Shown: one piece after another, positions 1 through 14,200 of the stretch
How positions within the stretch are numbered: position 1 is the first letter of the stretch
How the letters are laid out: every line of letters starts with the position of its first letter
Assembly: GCA_964016885.1 (NCBI GenBank)
Contig: OZ024741.1
Coordinates: 20,584,001 to 20,648,000, forward strand
Direction: 5' to 3'
DNA from: Eledone cirrhosa
Lineage: Eukaryota
DNA length: 64,000 nt
Notes under the pieces: generated by a model
The model's input: the letters and a program-made list of their open reading frames with translations, nothing else
The model's database searches: none
Told to the model about the DNA's origin: nothing
Position numbers and translations under genes: made by a program

Positions 1-3000
1 ATATATGGTGTAATGTAAATGTTATGTGAGGTAAAGCCTTTACTGTGAAAATACAATACTATATATAGAGTAATGTAAATGTTATGTGAGGTAAAGCCTT
101 TACTGTGAAAATACAATAGTATATATAGAGTAATGTAAATGTTATGTGAGGTAAAGCCTTTACTGTGAAAATACAATAGTAAATATAGAGTAATGTAAAT
201 GTTATGTGAGGTAAAGCCTTTACTGTGAAAATACAATAGTAAATATAGAGTAATGTAAATTTTATATGAGGTAAAGCCTTTACTGTGAAAATATAATAGT
301 AAATATATAGTAATGTAAATGTTATGTGAGGTAAAGCCTTTACTGTGAAAATACAATACTATATATAGAGTAATATAAATGTTATGTGAGGTAAAGCCTT
401 TACTGTGAAAATACAATAGTATATATAGAGTAATGTAAATGTTATGTGAGGTAAAGCCTTTACTGTGAAAATACAATAGTATATATAGAGTAATGTAAAT
501 GTTATGTGAGGTAAAGCCTTTACTGTGAAAATATAATAGTAAATATAGAGTAATGTAAATGTTATGTGAGGTAAAGCCTTTACTGTGAACATACAATAGT
601 ATATATAGAGTAATGTAAATGCTATGTGAGGTAAAGCCTTTACTGTGAAAATACAATAGTATATATAGAGTAATGTAAATGTTATGTGAGGTAAAGCCTT
701 TACTGTGAAAATACAATAGTATATATAGAGTAATGTAAATGTTATGTGAGGTAAAGCCTTTACTGTGAAAATATAATAGTAAATATAGAGTAATGTAAAT
801 GTTATGTGAGGTAAAGCCTTTACTGTGAAAATACAATACTATATATAGAGTAATGTAAATGTTATGTGAGGTAAAGCCTTTACTGTGAAAATACAATAGT
901 ATATATAGAGTAATGTAAATGTTATGTGAGGTAAAGCCTTTACTTTGAAAATACAATACTATATATAGAGTAATGTAAATGTTATGTGAGGTAAAGCCTT
1001 TACTGTGAAAATACAATAGTATATATAGAGTAATGTAAATGTTATGTGAGGTAAAGCCTTTACTGTGAAAATATAATAGTAAATATAGAGTAATGTAAAT
1101 GTTATGTGAGGTAAAGCCTTTACTGTGAACATACAATAGTATATATACAGTAATGTAAATGCTATGTGAGGTAAAGCCTTTACTGTGAAAATACAATAGT
1201 ATATATAGAGTAATGTAAATGTTATGTGACGTAAAGCCTTTACTGTGAAAATACAATACTATATATAGAGTAATGTAAATGTTATGTGAGGTAAAGCCTT
1301 TACTGTGAAAATACAATACTATATATAGAGTAATGTAAATGTTATGTGAGGTAAAGCCTTTACTGTAAAAATACAATAGTATATATAGAGTAATGTAAAT
1401 GTTATGTGAGGTAAAGCCTTAACTGTGAAAATACAATAGTAAATATAGAGTAATGTAAATGTTATGTGAGGTAAAGCCTTTACTGTGAAAATACAATAGT
1501 ATATATAGAGTAATGTAAATGTTATGTGAGGTAAAGCCTTTACTGTGAAAATATAATAGTAAATATAGAGTAATGTAAATGTTATGTGAGGTAAAGCCTT
1601 TACTGTGAAAATACAATACTATATATAGAGTAATGTAAATGTTATGTGAGGTAAAGCCTTTACTGTGAAAATACAATAGTAAATATAGAGTAATGTAAAT
1701 GTTATGTGAGGTAAAGCCTTTACTGTGAAAATACAATAGTATATATAGAGTAATGTAAATGTTATGTGAGGTAAAGCCTTTACTGTGAAAATACAATAGT
1801 ATATATAGAGTAATGTAAATGTTATGTGAAGTAAAGCCTTTACTGTGAAAATACAATACTATATATAGAGTAATGTAAATCTTATGTGAGGTAAAGCCTT
1901 TACTGTGAAAATACAATAGTATATATAGAGTAATGTAAATGTTATGTGACGTAAAGCCTTTACTGTGAAAATACAATACTATATATAGAGTAATGTAAAT
2001 GTTATGTGAGGTAAAGCCTTTACTGTGAAAATACAATACTATATATAGAGTAATGTAAATGTTATGTGAGGTAAAGCCTTTACTGTAAAAATACAATAGT
2101 ATATATAGAGTAATGTAAATGTTATGTGAGGTAAAGCCTTAACTGTGAAAATACAATAGTAAATATAGAGTAATGTAAATGTTATGTGAGGTAAAGCCTT
2201 TACTGTGAAAATACAATAGTATATATAGAGTAATGTAAATGTTATGTGAGGTAAAGCCTTTACTGTGAAAATATAATAGTAAATATAGAGTAATGTAAAT
2301 GTTATGTGAGGTAAAGCCTTTACTGTGAAAATACAATACTATATATAGAGTAATGTAAATGTTATGTGAGGTAAAGCCTTTACTGTGAAAATACAATAGT
2401 AAATATAGAGTAATGTAAATGTTATGTGAGGTAAAGCCTTTACTGTGAAAATACAATAGTATATATAGAGTAATGTAAATGTTATGTGAGGTAAAGCCTT
2501 TACTGTGAAAATACAATACTATATATAGAGTAATGTAAATGTTATGTGAGGTAAAGCCTTTACTGTGAAAATACAATAGTATATATAGAGTAATGTAAAT
2601 GTTATGTGAGGTAAAGCCTTTACTGTGAAAATACAATACTATATATGGTGTAATGTAAATGTTACGTGAGGTAAAGCCTTTACTGTGAAAATATAATAGT
2701 AAATATAGAGTAATGTAAATGTTATGTGAGGTAAAGCCTTTACTGTGAACATACAATAGTATATATAGAGTAATGTAAATGCTATGTGAGGTAAAGCCTT
2801 TACTGTGAAAATACAATAGTATATATGTGACGTAAAGCCTTTACTGTGAAAATACAATAGTATATATAGAGTAATGTAAATGTTTTGTGAGATAAAGCCT
2901 TTACTGTGAAAATACAATAGTATATATAGAGTAATGTAAATGTTATGTGAGGTAAAGCCTTTACTGTGAAAATATAATAGTAAATATAGAGTAATGTAAA

Positions 3001-6000
3001 TGTTATGTGAGGTAAAGCCTTTACTGTGAACATACAATAGTATATATAGAGTAATGTAAATGCTATGTGAGGTAAAGCCTTTACTGTGAAAATACAATAG
3101 TATATATGTGACGTAAAGCCTTTACTGTGAAAATACAATAGTATATATAGAGTAATGTAAATGTTTTGTGAGATAAAGCCTTTACTGTGAAAATACAATA
3201 GTATATATAGAGTAATGTAAATGTTATGTGAGGTAAAGCCTTTACTGTGAAAATATAATAGTAAATATAGAGTAATGTAAATGTTATGTGAGGTAAAGCC
3301 TTTACTGTGAAAATACAATACTATATATAGAGTAATGTAAATGTTATGTGAGGTAAAGCCTTTACTGTGAAAATACAATAGTATATATAGAGTAATGTAA
3401 ATGTTATGTGAGGTAAAGCCTTTACTTTGAAAATACAATACTATATATAGAGTAATGTAAATGTTATGTGAGGTAAAGCCTTTACTGTGAAAATACAATA
3501 GTATATATAGAGTAATGTAAATGTTATATGAGGTAAAGCCTTTACTGTGAAAATACAATAGTATATATAGAGTAATGTAAATGTTATGTGAGGTAAAGCC
3601 TTTACTGTGAAAATATAATAGTAAATATAGAGTAATGTAAATGTTATGTGAGGTAAAGCCTTTACTGTGAACATACAATAGTATATATAGAGTAATGTAA
3701 ATGCTATGTGAGGTAAAGCCTTTACTGTGAAAATACAATAGTATATATGTGACGTAAAGCCTTTACTGTGAAAATACAATAGTATATATAGAGTAATGTA
3801 AATGTTTTGTGAGATAAAGCCTTTACTGTGAAAATACAATGGTATATATAGAGTAATGTAAATGTTATGTGAGGTAAAGCCTTTACTGTGAAAATATAAT
3901 AGTAAATATAGAGTAATGTAAATGTTATGTGAGGTAAAGCCTTTACTGTGAAAATACAATACTATATATAGAGTAATGTAAATGTTAAGTGAGATAAAGC
4001 CTTTACTGTGAAAATACAATACTATATATAGAGTAATGTAAATGCTATGTGAGGTAAAGCCTTTACTGTGAAAATACAATACTATATATAGAGTAATGTA
4101 AATGTTATGTGAGATAAAGCCTTTACTGTGAAAATACAATAGTATATATAGAGTAATGTAAATGTTATGTGAGGTAAAGCCTTTACTTTGAAAATACAAT
4201 ACTATATATAGAGTAATGTAAATGTTATGTGAGGTAAAGCCTTTACTGTGAAAATACAATAGTATATATAGAGTAATGTAAATGTTATGTGAGGTAAAGC
4301 CTTTACTGTGAAAATATAATAGTAAATATAGAGTAATGTAAATGTTATGTGAGGTAAAGCCTTTACTGTGAACATACAATAGTATATATAGAGTAATGTA
4401 AATGCTATGTGAGGTAAAGCCTTTACTGTGAAAATACAATAGTATATATAGAGTAATGTAAATGTTATGTGAGGTAAAGCCTTTACTGTGAAAATACAAT
4501 AGTATATATAGAGTAATGTAAATGTTATGTGAGGTAAAGCCTTTACTGTGAAAATATAATAGTAAATATAGAGTAATGTAAATGTTATGTGAGGTAAAGC
4601 CTTTACTGTGAAAATACAATACTATATATAGAGTAATGTAAATGTTATGTGAGGTAAAGCCTTTACTGTGAAAATACAATAGTATATATAGAGTAATGTA
4701 AATGTTATGTGAGGTAAAGCCTTTACTTTGAAAATACAATACTATATATAGAGTAATGTAAATGTTATGTGAGGTAAAGCCTTTACTGTGAAAATACAAT
4801 AGTATATATAGAGTAATGTAAATGTTATGTGAGGTAAAGCCTTTACTGTGAAAATATAATAGTAAATATAGAGTAATGTAAATGTTATGTGAGGTAAAGC
4901 CTTTACTGTGAACATACAATAGTATATATACAGTAATGTAAATGCTATGTGAGGTAAAGCCTTTACTGTGAAAATACAATAGTATATATAGAGTAATGTA
5001 AATGTTATGTGACGTAAAGCCTTTACTGTGAAAATACAATACTATATATAGAGTAATGTAAATGTTATGTGAGGTAAAGCCTTTACTGTGAAAATACAAT
5101 ACTATATATAGAGTAATGTAAATGTTATGTGAGGTAAAGCCTTTACTGTAAAAATACAATAGTATATATAGAGTAATGTAAATGTTATGTGAGGTAAAGC
5201 CTTAACTGTGAAAATACAATAGTAAATATAGAGTAATGTAAATGTTATGTGAGGTAAAGCCTTTACTGTGAAAATACAATAGTATATATAGAGTAATGTA
5301 AATGTTATGTGAGGTAAAGCCTTTACTGTGAAAATATAATAGTAAATATAGAGTAATGTAAATGTTATGTGAGGTAAAGCCTTTACTGTGAAAATACAAT
5401 ACTATATATAGAGTAATGTAAATGTTATGTGAGGTAAAGCCTTTACTGTGAAAATACAATAGTAAATATAGAGTAATGTAAATGTTATGTGAGGTAAAGC
5501 CTTTACTGTGAAAATACAATAGTATATATAGAGTAATGTAAATGTTATGTGAGGTAAAGCCTTTACTGTGAAAATACAATAGTATATATAGAGTAATGTA
5601 AATGTTATGTGAAGTAAAGCCTTTACTGTGAAAATACAATACTATATATAGAGTAATGTAAATCTTATGTGAGGTAAAGCCTTTACTGTGAAAATACAAT
5701 AGTATATATAGAGTAATGTAAATGTTATGTGACGTAAAGCCTTTACTGTGAAAATACAATACTATATATAGAGTAATGTAAATGTTATGTGAGGTAAAGC
5801 CTTTACTGTGAAAATACAATACTATATATAGAGTAATGTAAATGTTATGTGAGGTAAAGCCTTTACTGTAAAAATACAATAGTATATATAGAGTAATGTA
5901 AATGTTATGTGAGGTAAAGCCTTAACTGTGAAAATACAATAGTAAATATAGAGTAATGTAAATGTTATGTGAGGTAAAGCCTTTACTGTGAAAATACAAT

Positions 6001-8767
6001 AGTATATATAGAGTAATGTAAATGTTATGTGAGGTAAAGCCTTTACTGTGAAAATATAATAGTAAATATAGAGTAATGTAAATGTTATGTGAGGTAAAGC
6101 CTTTACTGTGAAAATACAATACTATATATAGAGTAATGTAAATGTTATGTGAGGTAAAGCCTTCACTGTGAAAATACAATAGTAAATATAGAGTAATGTA
6201 AATGTTATGTGAGGTAAAGCCTTTACTGTGAAAATACAATAGTATATATAGAGTAATGTAAATGTTATGTGAGGTAAAGCCTTTACTGTGAAAATACAAT
6301 ACTATATATAGAGTAATGTAAATGTTATGTGAGGTAAAGCCTTTACTGTGAAAATACAATAGTATATATAGAGTAATGTAAATGTTATGTGAGGTAAAGC
6401 CTTTACTGTGAAAATACAATACTATATATGGTGTAATGTAAATGTTACGTGAGGTAAAGCCTTTACTGTGAAAATATAATAGTAAATATAGAGTAATGTA
6501 AATGTTATGTGAGGTAAAGCCTTTACTGTGAACATACAATAGTATATATAGAGTAATGTAAATGCTATGTGAGGTAAAGCCTTTACTGTGAAAATACAAT
6601 AGTATATATGTGACGTAAAGCCTTTACTGTGAAAATACAATAGTATATATAGAGTAATGTAAATGTTTTGTGAGATAAAGCCTTTACTGTGAAAATACAA
6701 TAGTATATATAGAGTAATGTAAATGTTATGTGAGGTAAAGCCTTTACTGTGAAAATATAATAGTAAATATAGAGTAATGTAAATGTTATGTGAGGTAAAG
6801 CCTTTACTGTGAACATACAATAGTATATATAGAGTAATGTAAATGCTATGTGAGGTAAAGCCTTTACTGTGAAAATACAATAGTATATATGTGACGTAAA
6901 GCCTTTACTGTGAAAATACAATAGTATATATAGAGTAATGTAAATGTTTTGTGAGATAAAGCCTTTACTGTGAAAATACAATAGTATATATAGAGTAATG
7001 TAAATGTTATGTGAGGTAAAGCCTTTACTGTGAAAATATAATAGTAAATATAGAGTAATGTAAATGTTATGTGAGGTAAAGCCTTTACTGTGAAAATACA
7101 ATACTATATATAGAGTAATGTAAATGTTATGTGAGGTAAAGCCTTTACTGTGAAAATACAATAGTATATATAGAGTAATGTAAATGTTATGTGAGGTAAA
7201 GCCTTTACTTTGAAAATACAATACTATATATAGAGTAATGTAAATGTTATGTGAGGTAAAGCCTTTACTGTGAAAATACAATAGTATATATAGAGTAATG
7301 TAAATGTTATATGAGGTAAAGCCTTTACTGTGAAAATACAATAGTATATATAGAGTAATGTAAATGTTATGTGAGGTAAAGCCTTTACTGTGAAAATATA
7401 ATAGTAAATATAGAGTAATGTAAATGTTATGTGAGGTAAAGCCTTTACTGTGAACATACAATAGTATATATAGAGTAATGTAAATGCTATGTGAGGTAAA
7501 GCCTTTACTGTGAAAATACAATAGTATATATAGAGTAATGTAAATGTTTTGTGAGATAAAGCCTTTACTGTGAAAATACAATGGTATATATAGAGTAATG
7601 TAAATGTTATGTGAGGTAAAGCCTTTACTGTGAAAATATAATAGTAAATATAGAGTAATGTAAATGTTATGTGAGGTAAAGCCTTTACTGTGAAAATACA
7701 ATACTATATATAGAGTAATGTAAATGTTATGTGAGGTAAAGCCTTTACTGTGAACATACAATAGTATATATACAGTAATGTAAATGCTATGTGAGGTAAA
7801 GCCTTTACTGTGAAAATACAATAGTATATATAGAGTAATGTAAATGTTATGTGACGTAAAGCCTTTACTGTGAAAATACAATACTATATATAGAGTAATG
7901 TAAATGTTATGTGAGGTAAAGCCTTTACTGTGAAAATACAATACTATATATAGAGTAATGTAAATGTTATGTGAGGTAAAGCCTTTACTGTGAAAATACA
8001 ATAGTATATATAGAGTAATGTAAATGTTATGTGAGGTAAAGCCTTAACTGTGAAAATACAATAGTAAATATAGAGTAATGTAAATGTTATGTGAGGTAAA
8101 GCCTTTACTGTGAAGATACAATAGTATATATAGAGTAATGTAAATGTTATGTGAGGTAAAGCCTTTACTGTGAAAATACAATACTATATATAGAGTAATG
8201 TAAATGTTATGTGAGGTAAAGCCTTTACTGTGAAAATACAATAGTATATATAGAGTAATGTAAATGTTATGTGAGGTAAAGCCTTTACTGTGAAAATACA
8301 ATACTATATATGGTGTAATGTAAATGTTATGTGAGGTAAAGCCTTTACTGTGAAAATACAATACTATATATAGAGTAATGTAAATGTTATGTGAGGTAAA
8401 GCCTTTACTGTGAAAATACAATACTATATATAGAGTAATGTAAATGTTATGTGAGGTAAAGCCTTTACTGTGAAAATACAATAGTATATATAGAGTAATG
8501 TAAATGTTATATGAGGTAAAGCCTTTACTGTGAAAATACAATAGTATATATAGAGTAATGTAAATGTTATGTGAGGTAAAGCCTTTACTGTGAAAATATA
8601 ATAGTAAATATAGAGTAATGTAAATGTTATGTGAGGTAAAGCCTTTACTGTGAACATACAATAGTATATATAGAGTAATGTAAATGCTATGTGAGGTAAA
8701 GCCTTTACTGTGAAAATACAATAGTATATATGTGACGTAAAGCCTTTACTGTGAAAATACAATAGTA
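1..8767. repeat. 60-bp satellite, block 1 (unit ATATATAGAGTAATGTAAATGTTATGTGAGGTAAAGCCTTTACTGTGAAAATACAATAGT; occasional 41-bp deletion units)
   Basis: Direct 60-bp periodicity with few SNP variants; continues past the window start. Confidence 0.99.
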
Positions 8768-11270
8768 TCATCATCATCATCATCACCGTTTTACGTCCGT
8801 TCTTCCACGCTAGCATGGGTTAGACGGGTTGTCCTGTTGTGGGCAGTGTCTGGTCGGCTGACCATGCCTTGCTCATACAGGAACTGATCTGGCTTGATTT
8901 CTACAGCTGGATGCCCTTCCTAACACCAACCTCATTTACAGTGAGTGCTGGGTGCTTTTTCGTGGCGCCTACACGTCCACTTTACAGTGTGGGCTGGGTG
9001 CTTTTTTGCCGTGGCACCTCCACGACCACCTTGCGGTGGGGGGGGGGGGGCATATTGTTTATATGCTTCAGCATGTACCCATGGGAGGTCGGGTACCCTG
9101 TATTACTGCGTGACGCCAGAAGTCACGGTCGTGTGTCATTGACTTTGAGAGGTGTAGTTGGGTAAGGTCGGCTTTTATCACCTCATCCCAAGTCATCTTG
9201 GGTCTCCCCACTCCGCGGTTTCCATCAACTTCTAGTGCTCTGCACCTTTTTATGCAGCTGTCATCCTTCATACGCATCACATGTCCATACCAGCGTAACC
9301 GCCTCTCCTGCACGCAGCATTTGATTCCTCTTATGCTCAGTCTCTCTCTCAATTCATTTATGCTTTGTCGTTCACGTATATTACTGTTACACATCCATCG
9401 GAGCATGCAGGCTTCGTTTCTCTCTAATCTACGTAAGTCTTCCACCTTCAGCGCCCAGGTCTCACTACCATGCAACATCGCTGTTCGGATACACGCATCA
9501 TACAGTCTGCCTTTCATTCTGAGGGAGAAGCCTTTTGCAGCTAGCAGTGGTAGTAGTTCCCTAAACTTCTTCCATCCCGTTCTTACCCTAGTTATTGTAC
9601 TTTCTGAGCACCCACCTCCGTTGCTAATTCGGTCACCTAGGTAGCAGAAGCTGTCTACTGTTTCTACAGGGCCCTCCCAGAGATTGGTGGTACTTGTTTC
9701 CTGTGGCTGTTTGCTTGCTGTTTCAGCACAGCTGCTGCATGTGAATCCTACATTCTTAATTAAGCTTCCTGAGATCCCGCTACATCTCTTGTGTACCCAT
9801 TGTTTGCATTTGGGGCAGAGAATGGAGTTCCTACCTACACCTTTCCTACATACTGAGCAAGGCCATTTCCCTGAGGGGATCTGGGTTCTGTTTTCTCGTC
9901 TACTTATAAGGACCTTAGTCTTTGTCATGTTGACTTTGAGGCCCTTTCTCTCTAGTCCCTGCTTCCAGGTTTGGAATTTATTCTCTAGTTCTACCATAGA
10001 TTCAGCTATGAGTGCGAGGTCATCAGCATACAGGAGTTCCCATGGGCATCCGGTCTTAAACTCCTCCGTTATTGCCTGCAGGACTATGATGAACAGGAGA
10101 GGGCTAAGAACAGAGCCCTGGTGGACCCCAACCTGTACGCTAAATTCCTCGCTATACTCATTGCCAATCCTAACTTTGCTGACTGCTCCCCTATACATGG
10201 CTTGTACCGCTTTCACAAGCCATTCATCTACTCCTAGTTTTCTAAGAGCCCACCAGATTACTGCACGTGGAACTCTGTCAAAGGCTTTCTCAAGGTCGAC
10301 AAATGCCAAGTAGAGTGGCTTACTTTTAGCTAGGTACTTTTCCTGTAATTGCCTCACAAGGAAGAGCGCATCAGTGGTGCCTTTCCCTGGAACAAACCCA
10401 AATTGCATCTCGTCTATATTCACCCGGTCCCTAATCAGCTGTGCTATAACTCTTTCTGTTACTTTCATGACCTGGTCCATCAACTTTATACCTCTATAGT
10501 TTCCTCTATCTAGTGCATCGCCTTTACCTTTGTAGCAGTTGACAATGATGCTACTGCACCAATCTTTTGGTATGGCCCCCTCTAGTATTACCTGGTTAAC
10601 GATACGTGTGGTTATAGTGTGACCTACAGACCCAGATGCCTTCAGCATCTCGGCAGCTATACCCGATGGACCGGTTGCCTTCCCTATCTTCATATCTCTG
10701 ATTGCCTTACTTACTACGCTGCCGCTGACTTGTACTGCTGGTCCCTCTATAGGGTCTACGTGGGGTAGGGTCTCTTCTTCCCATGCATTCTCCTCATTTA
10801 GTAATCTATCATAATGACTCTTCCATGCATCTTTCTTCTCAGCACTTGTGAGGGCAAGCTCACCTTTATCATTCCGGATACACTTCTCTCCAATGACATC
10901 ACAACTATCTCTGACACACTGCCTCGCAATCTTGAATACCTCCTGTTTCTGGTCCTCACGTTGTAAAACATGCTTGAATTTTCTATCCTCTGCTTCCCTC
11001 CTAGCTAAGTATACTTGTCGCCTAGCTTCCCTCTTGGTCTCTATGTAATGTACCCTGCTCCCCCCGTTCTTCCATTCTTTCCATGCCTGTCTCTTGGCCT
11101 TGACTGCTTCATCTACCTTATTGTTCCACCACCAAGTCACTCTCCTCCTGCTTGAGGTCTTACTCCAGCCACAAACCTCATCCGTCGCCTCTAGTAAGTT
11201 ATTTTTTAGGAACTCCCAGTTCTCTTCTACGTTAAATGTCTCTATCTGTTCTTCTTTACTGTCGTAGGTT
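8768..11270 (-). mobile_element. 5'-truncated RTE-clade LINE inserted in the satellite, with (ATG)n 3' tail
   Basis: RT ORF, about 300-bp 3' UTR and (CAT)n on + at about 8768-8785; satellite resumes in register at 11271. Confidence 0.95.
9068..11269 (-). CDS. RTE reverse transcriptase, N-truncated (no endonuclease), with internal PHD finger
   Basis: Motifs NYRGIKL, QFGF, FVDLEKAFD, GVHQGSVLSP, YADD, FCYLG and RLRWYGHV. The frame stays open upstream of the called start (11140) to the truncation point (TYDSKEEQIETF...). Confidence 0.93.
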   Translation of the reverse strand, partial: TYDSKEEQIETFNVEENWEFLKNNLLEATDEVCGWSKTSSRRRVTWWWNNKVDEAVKAKRQAWKEWKNGGSRVHYIETKREARRQVYLARREAEDRKFKHVLQREDQKQEVFKIARQCVRDSCDVIGEKCIRNDKGELALTSAEKKDAWKSHYDRLLNEENAWEEETLPHVDPIEGPAVQVSGSVVSKAIRDMKIGKATGPSGIAAEMLKASGSVGHTITTRIVNQVILEGAIPKDWCSSIIVNCYKGKGDALDRGNYRGIKLMDQVMKVTERVIAQLIRDRVNIDEMQFGFVPGKGTTDALFLVRQLQEKYLAKSKPLYLAFVDLEKAFDRVPRAVIWWALRKLGVDEWLVKAVQAMYRGAVSKVRIGNEYSEEFSVQVGVHQGSVLSPLLFIIVLQAITEEFKTGCPWELLYADDLALIAESMVELENKFQTWKQGLERKGLKVNMTKTKVLISRRENRTQIPSGKWPCSVCRKGVGRNSILCPKCKQWVHKRCSGISGSLIKNVGFTCSSCAETASKQPQETSTTNLWEGPVETVDSFCYLGDRISNGGGCSESTITRVRTGWKKFRELLPLLAAKGFSLRMKGRLYDACIRTAMLHGSETWALKVEDLRRLERNEACMLRWMCNSNIRERQSINELRERLSIRGIKCCVQERRLRWYGHVMRMKDDSCIKRCRALEVDGNRGVGRPKMTWDEVIKADLTQLHLSKSMTHDRDFWRHAVIQGTRPPMGTC

Positions 11271-14200
11271 TATATAGAGTAATGTAAATGTTTTGTGAGA
11301 TAAAGCCTTTACTGTGAAAATACAATAGTATATATAGAGTAATGTAAATGTTATGTGAGGTAAAGCCTTTACTGTGAAAATACAATACTATATATAGAGT
11401 AATGTAAATGTTATGTGAGGTAAAGCCTTTACTGTGAAAATACAATACTATATATAGAGTAATGTAAATGTTATGTGAGGTAAAGCCTTTACTGTGAAAA
11501 TACAATAGTATATATAGAGTAATGTAAATGCTATGTGAGGTAAAGCCTTTACTTTGAAAATACAATACTATACATAGAGTAACGTAAATGTTATGTGAGG
11601 TAAAGCCTTTACTGTGAAAATACAATACTATATATAGAGTAATGTAAATGTTATGTGAGGTAAAGCCTTTACTGTGAAAATACAATACTATATATAGAGT
11701 AATGTAAATGTTATGTGAGGTAAAGCCTTTACTGTGAAAATACAATACTATATATAGAGTAATGTAAATGTTATGTGAGGTAAAGCCTTTACTGTGAAAA
11801 TACAATAGTATATATAGAGTAATGTAAATGTTTTGTGAGATAAAGCCTTTACTGTGAAAATACAATGGTATATATAGAGTAATGTAAATGTTATGTGAGG
11901 TAAAGCCTTTACTGTGAAAATATAATAGTAAATATAGAGTAATGTAAATGTTATGTGAGGTAAAGCCTTTACTGTGAAAATACAATACTATATATAGAGT
12001 AATGTAAATGTTAAGTGAGATAAAGCCTTTACTGTGAAAATACAATACTATATATAGAGTAATGTAAATGCTATGTGAGGTAAAGCCTTTACTGTGAAAA
12101 TACAATACTATATATAGAGTAATGTAAATGTTATGTGAGATAAAGCCTTTACTGTGAAAATACAATAGTATATATAGAGTAATGTAAATGTTATGTGAGG
12201 TAAAGCCTTTACTTTGAAAATACAATACTATATATAGAGTAATGTAAATGTTATGTGAGGTAAAGCCTTTACTGTGAACATACAATAGTATATATACAGT
12301 AATGTAAATGCTATGTGAAATAAAGCCTTTACTGTGAAAATACAATAGTATATATAGAGTAATGTAAATGTTATGTGACGTAAAGCCTTTACTGTGAAAA
12401 TACAATACTATATATAGAGTAATGTAAATGTTATGTGAGGTAAAGCCTTTACTGTGAAAATACAATACTATATATAGAGTAATGTAAATGTTATGTGAGG
12501 TAAAGCCTTTACTGTGAAAATACAATAGTATATATAGAGTAATGTAAATGTTATGTGAGGTAAAGCCTTAACTGTGAAAATACAATAGTAAATATAGAGT
12601 AATGTAAATGTTATGTGAGGTAAAGCCTTTACTGTGAAGATACAATAGTATATATAGAGTAATGTAAATGTTATGTGAGGTAAAGCCTTTACTGTGAAAA
12701 TACAATACTATATATAGAGTAATGTAAATGTTATGTGAGGTAAAGCCTTTACTGTGAAAATACAATAGTATATATAGAGTAATGTAAATGTTATGTGAGG
12801 TAAAGCCTTTACTGTGAAAATACAATACTATATATGGTGTAATGTAAATGTTATGTGAGGTAAAGCCTTTACTGTGAAAATACAATACTATATATAGAGT
12901 AATGTAAATGTTATGTGAGGTAAAGCCTTTACTGTGAAAATACAATAGTATATATAGAGTAATGTAAATGTTATGTGAGGTAAAGCCTTTACTGTGAAAA
13001 TATAATAGTAAATATAGAGTAATGTAAATGTTATGTGAGGTAAAGCCTTTACTGTGAACATACAATAGTATATATAGAGTAATGTAAATGCTATGTGAGG
13101 TAAAGCCTTTACTGTGAAAATACAATAGTATATATGTGACGTAAAGCCTTTACTGTGAAAATACAATAGTATATATAGAGTAATGTAAATGTTTTGTGAG
13201 ATAAAGCCTTTACTGTGAAAATACAATAGTATATATAGAGTAATGTAAATGTTATGTGAGGTAAAGCCTTTACTGTGAAAATACAATACTATATATAGAG
13301 TAATGTAAATGTTATGTGAGGTAAAGCCTTTACTGTGAAAATACAATACTATATATAGAGTAATGTAAATGTTATGTGAGGTAAAGCCTTTACTGTGAAA
13401 ATACAATAGTATATATAGAGTAATGTAAATGCTATGTGAGGTAAAGCCTTTACTTTGAAAATACAATACTATACATAGAGTAACGTAAATGTTATGTGAG
13501 GTAAAGCCTTTACTGTGAAAATACAATACTATATATAGAGTAATGTAAATGTTATGTGAGGTAAAGCCTTTACTGTGAAAATACAATACTATATATAGAG
13601 TAATGTAAATGTTATGTGAGGTAAAGCCTTTACTGTGAAAATACAATACTATATATAGAGTAATGTAAATGTTATGTGAGGTAAAGCCTTTACTGTGAAA
13701 ATACAATAGTATATATAGAGTAATGTAAATGTTATATGAGGTAAAGCCTTTACTGTGAAAATACAATAGTATATATAGAGTAATGTAAATGTTATGTGAG
13801 GTAAAGCCTTTACTGTGAAAATATAATAGTAAATATAGAGTAATGTAAATGTTATGTGAGGTAAAGCCTTTACTGTGAACATACAATAGTATATATAGAG
13901 TAATGTAAATGCTATGTGAGGTAAAGCCTTTACTGTGAAAATACAATAGTATATATGTGACGTAAAGCCTTTACTGTGAAAATACAATAGTATATATAGA
14001 GTAATGTAAATGTTTTGTGAGATAAAGCCTTTACTGTGAAAATACAATAGTATATATAGAGTAATGTAAATGTTATGTGAGGTAAAGCCTTTACTGTGAA
14101 AATATAATAGTAAATATAGAGTAATGTAAATGTTATGTGAGGTAAAGCCTTTACTGTGAAAATACAATACTATATATAGAGTAATGTAAATGTTATGTGA

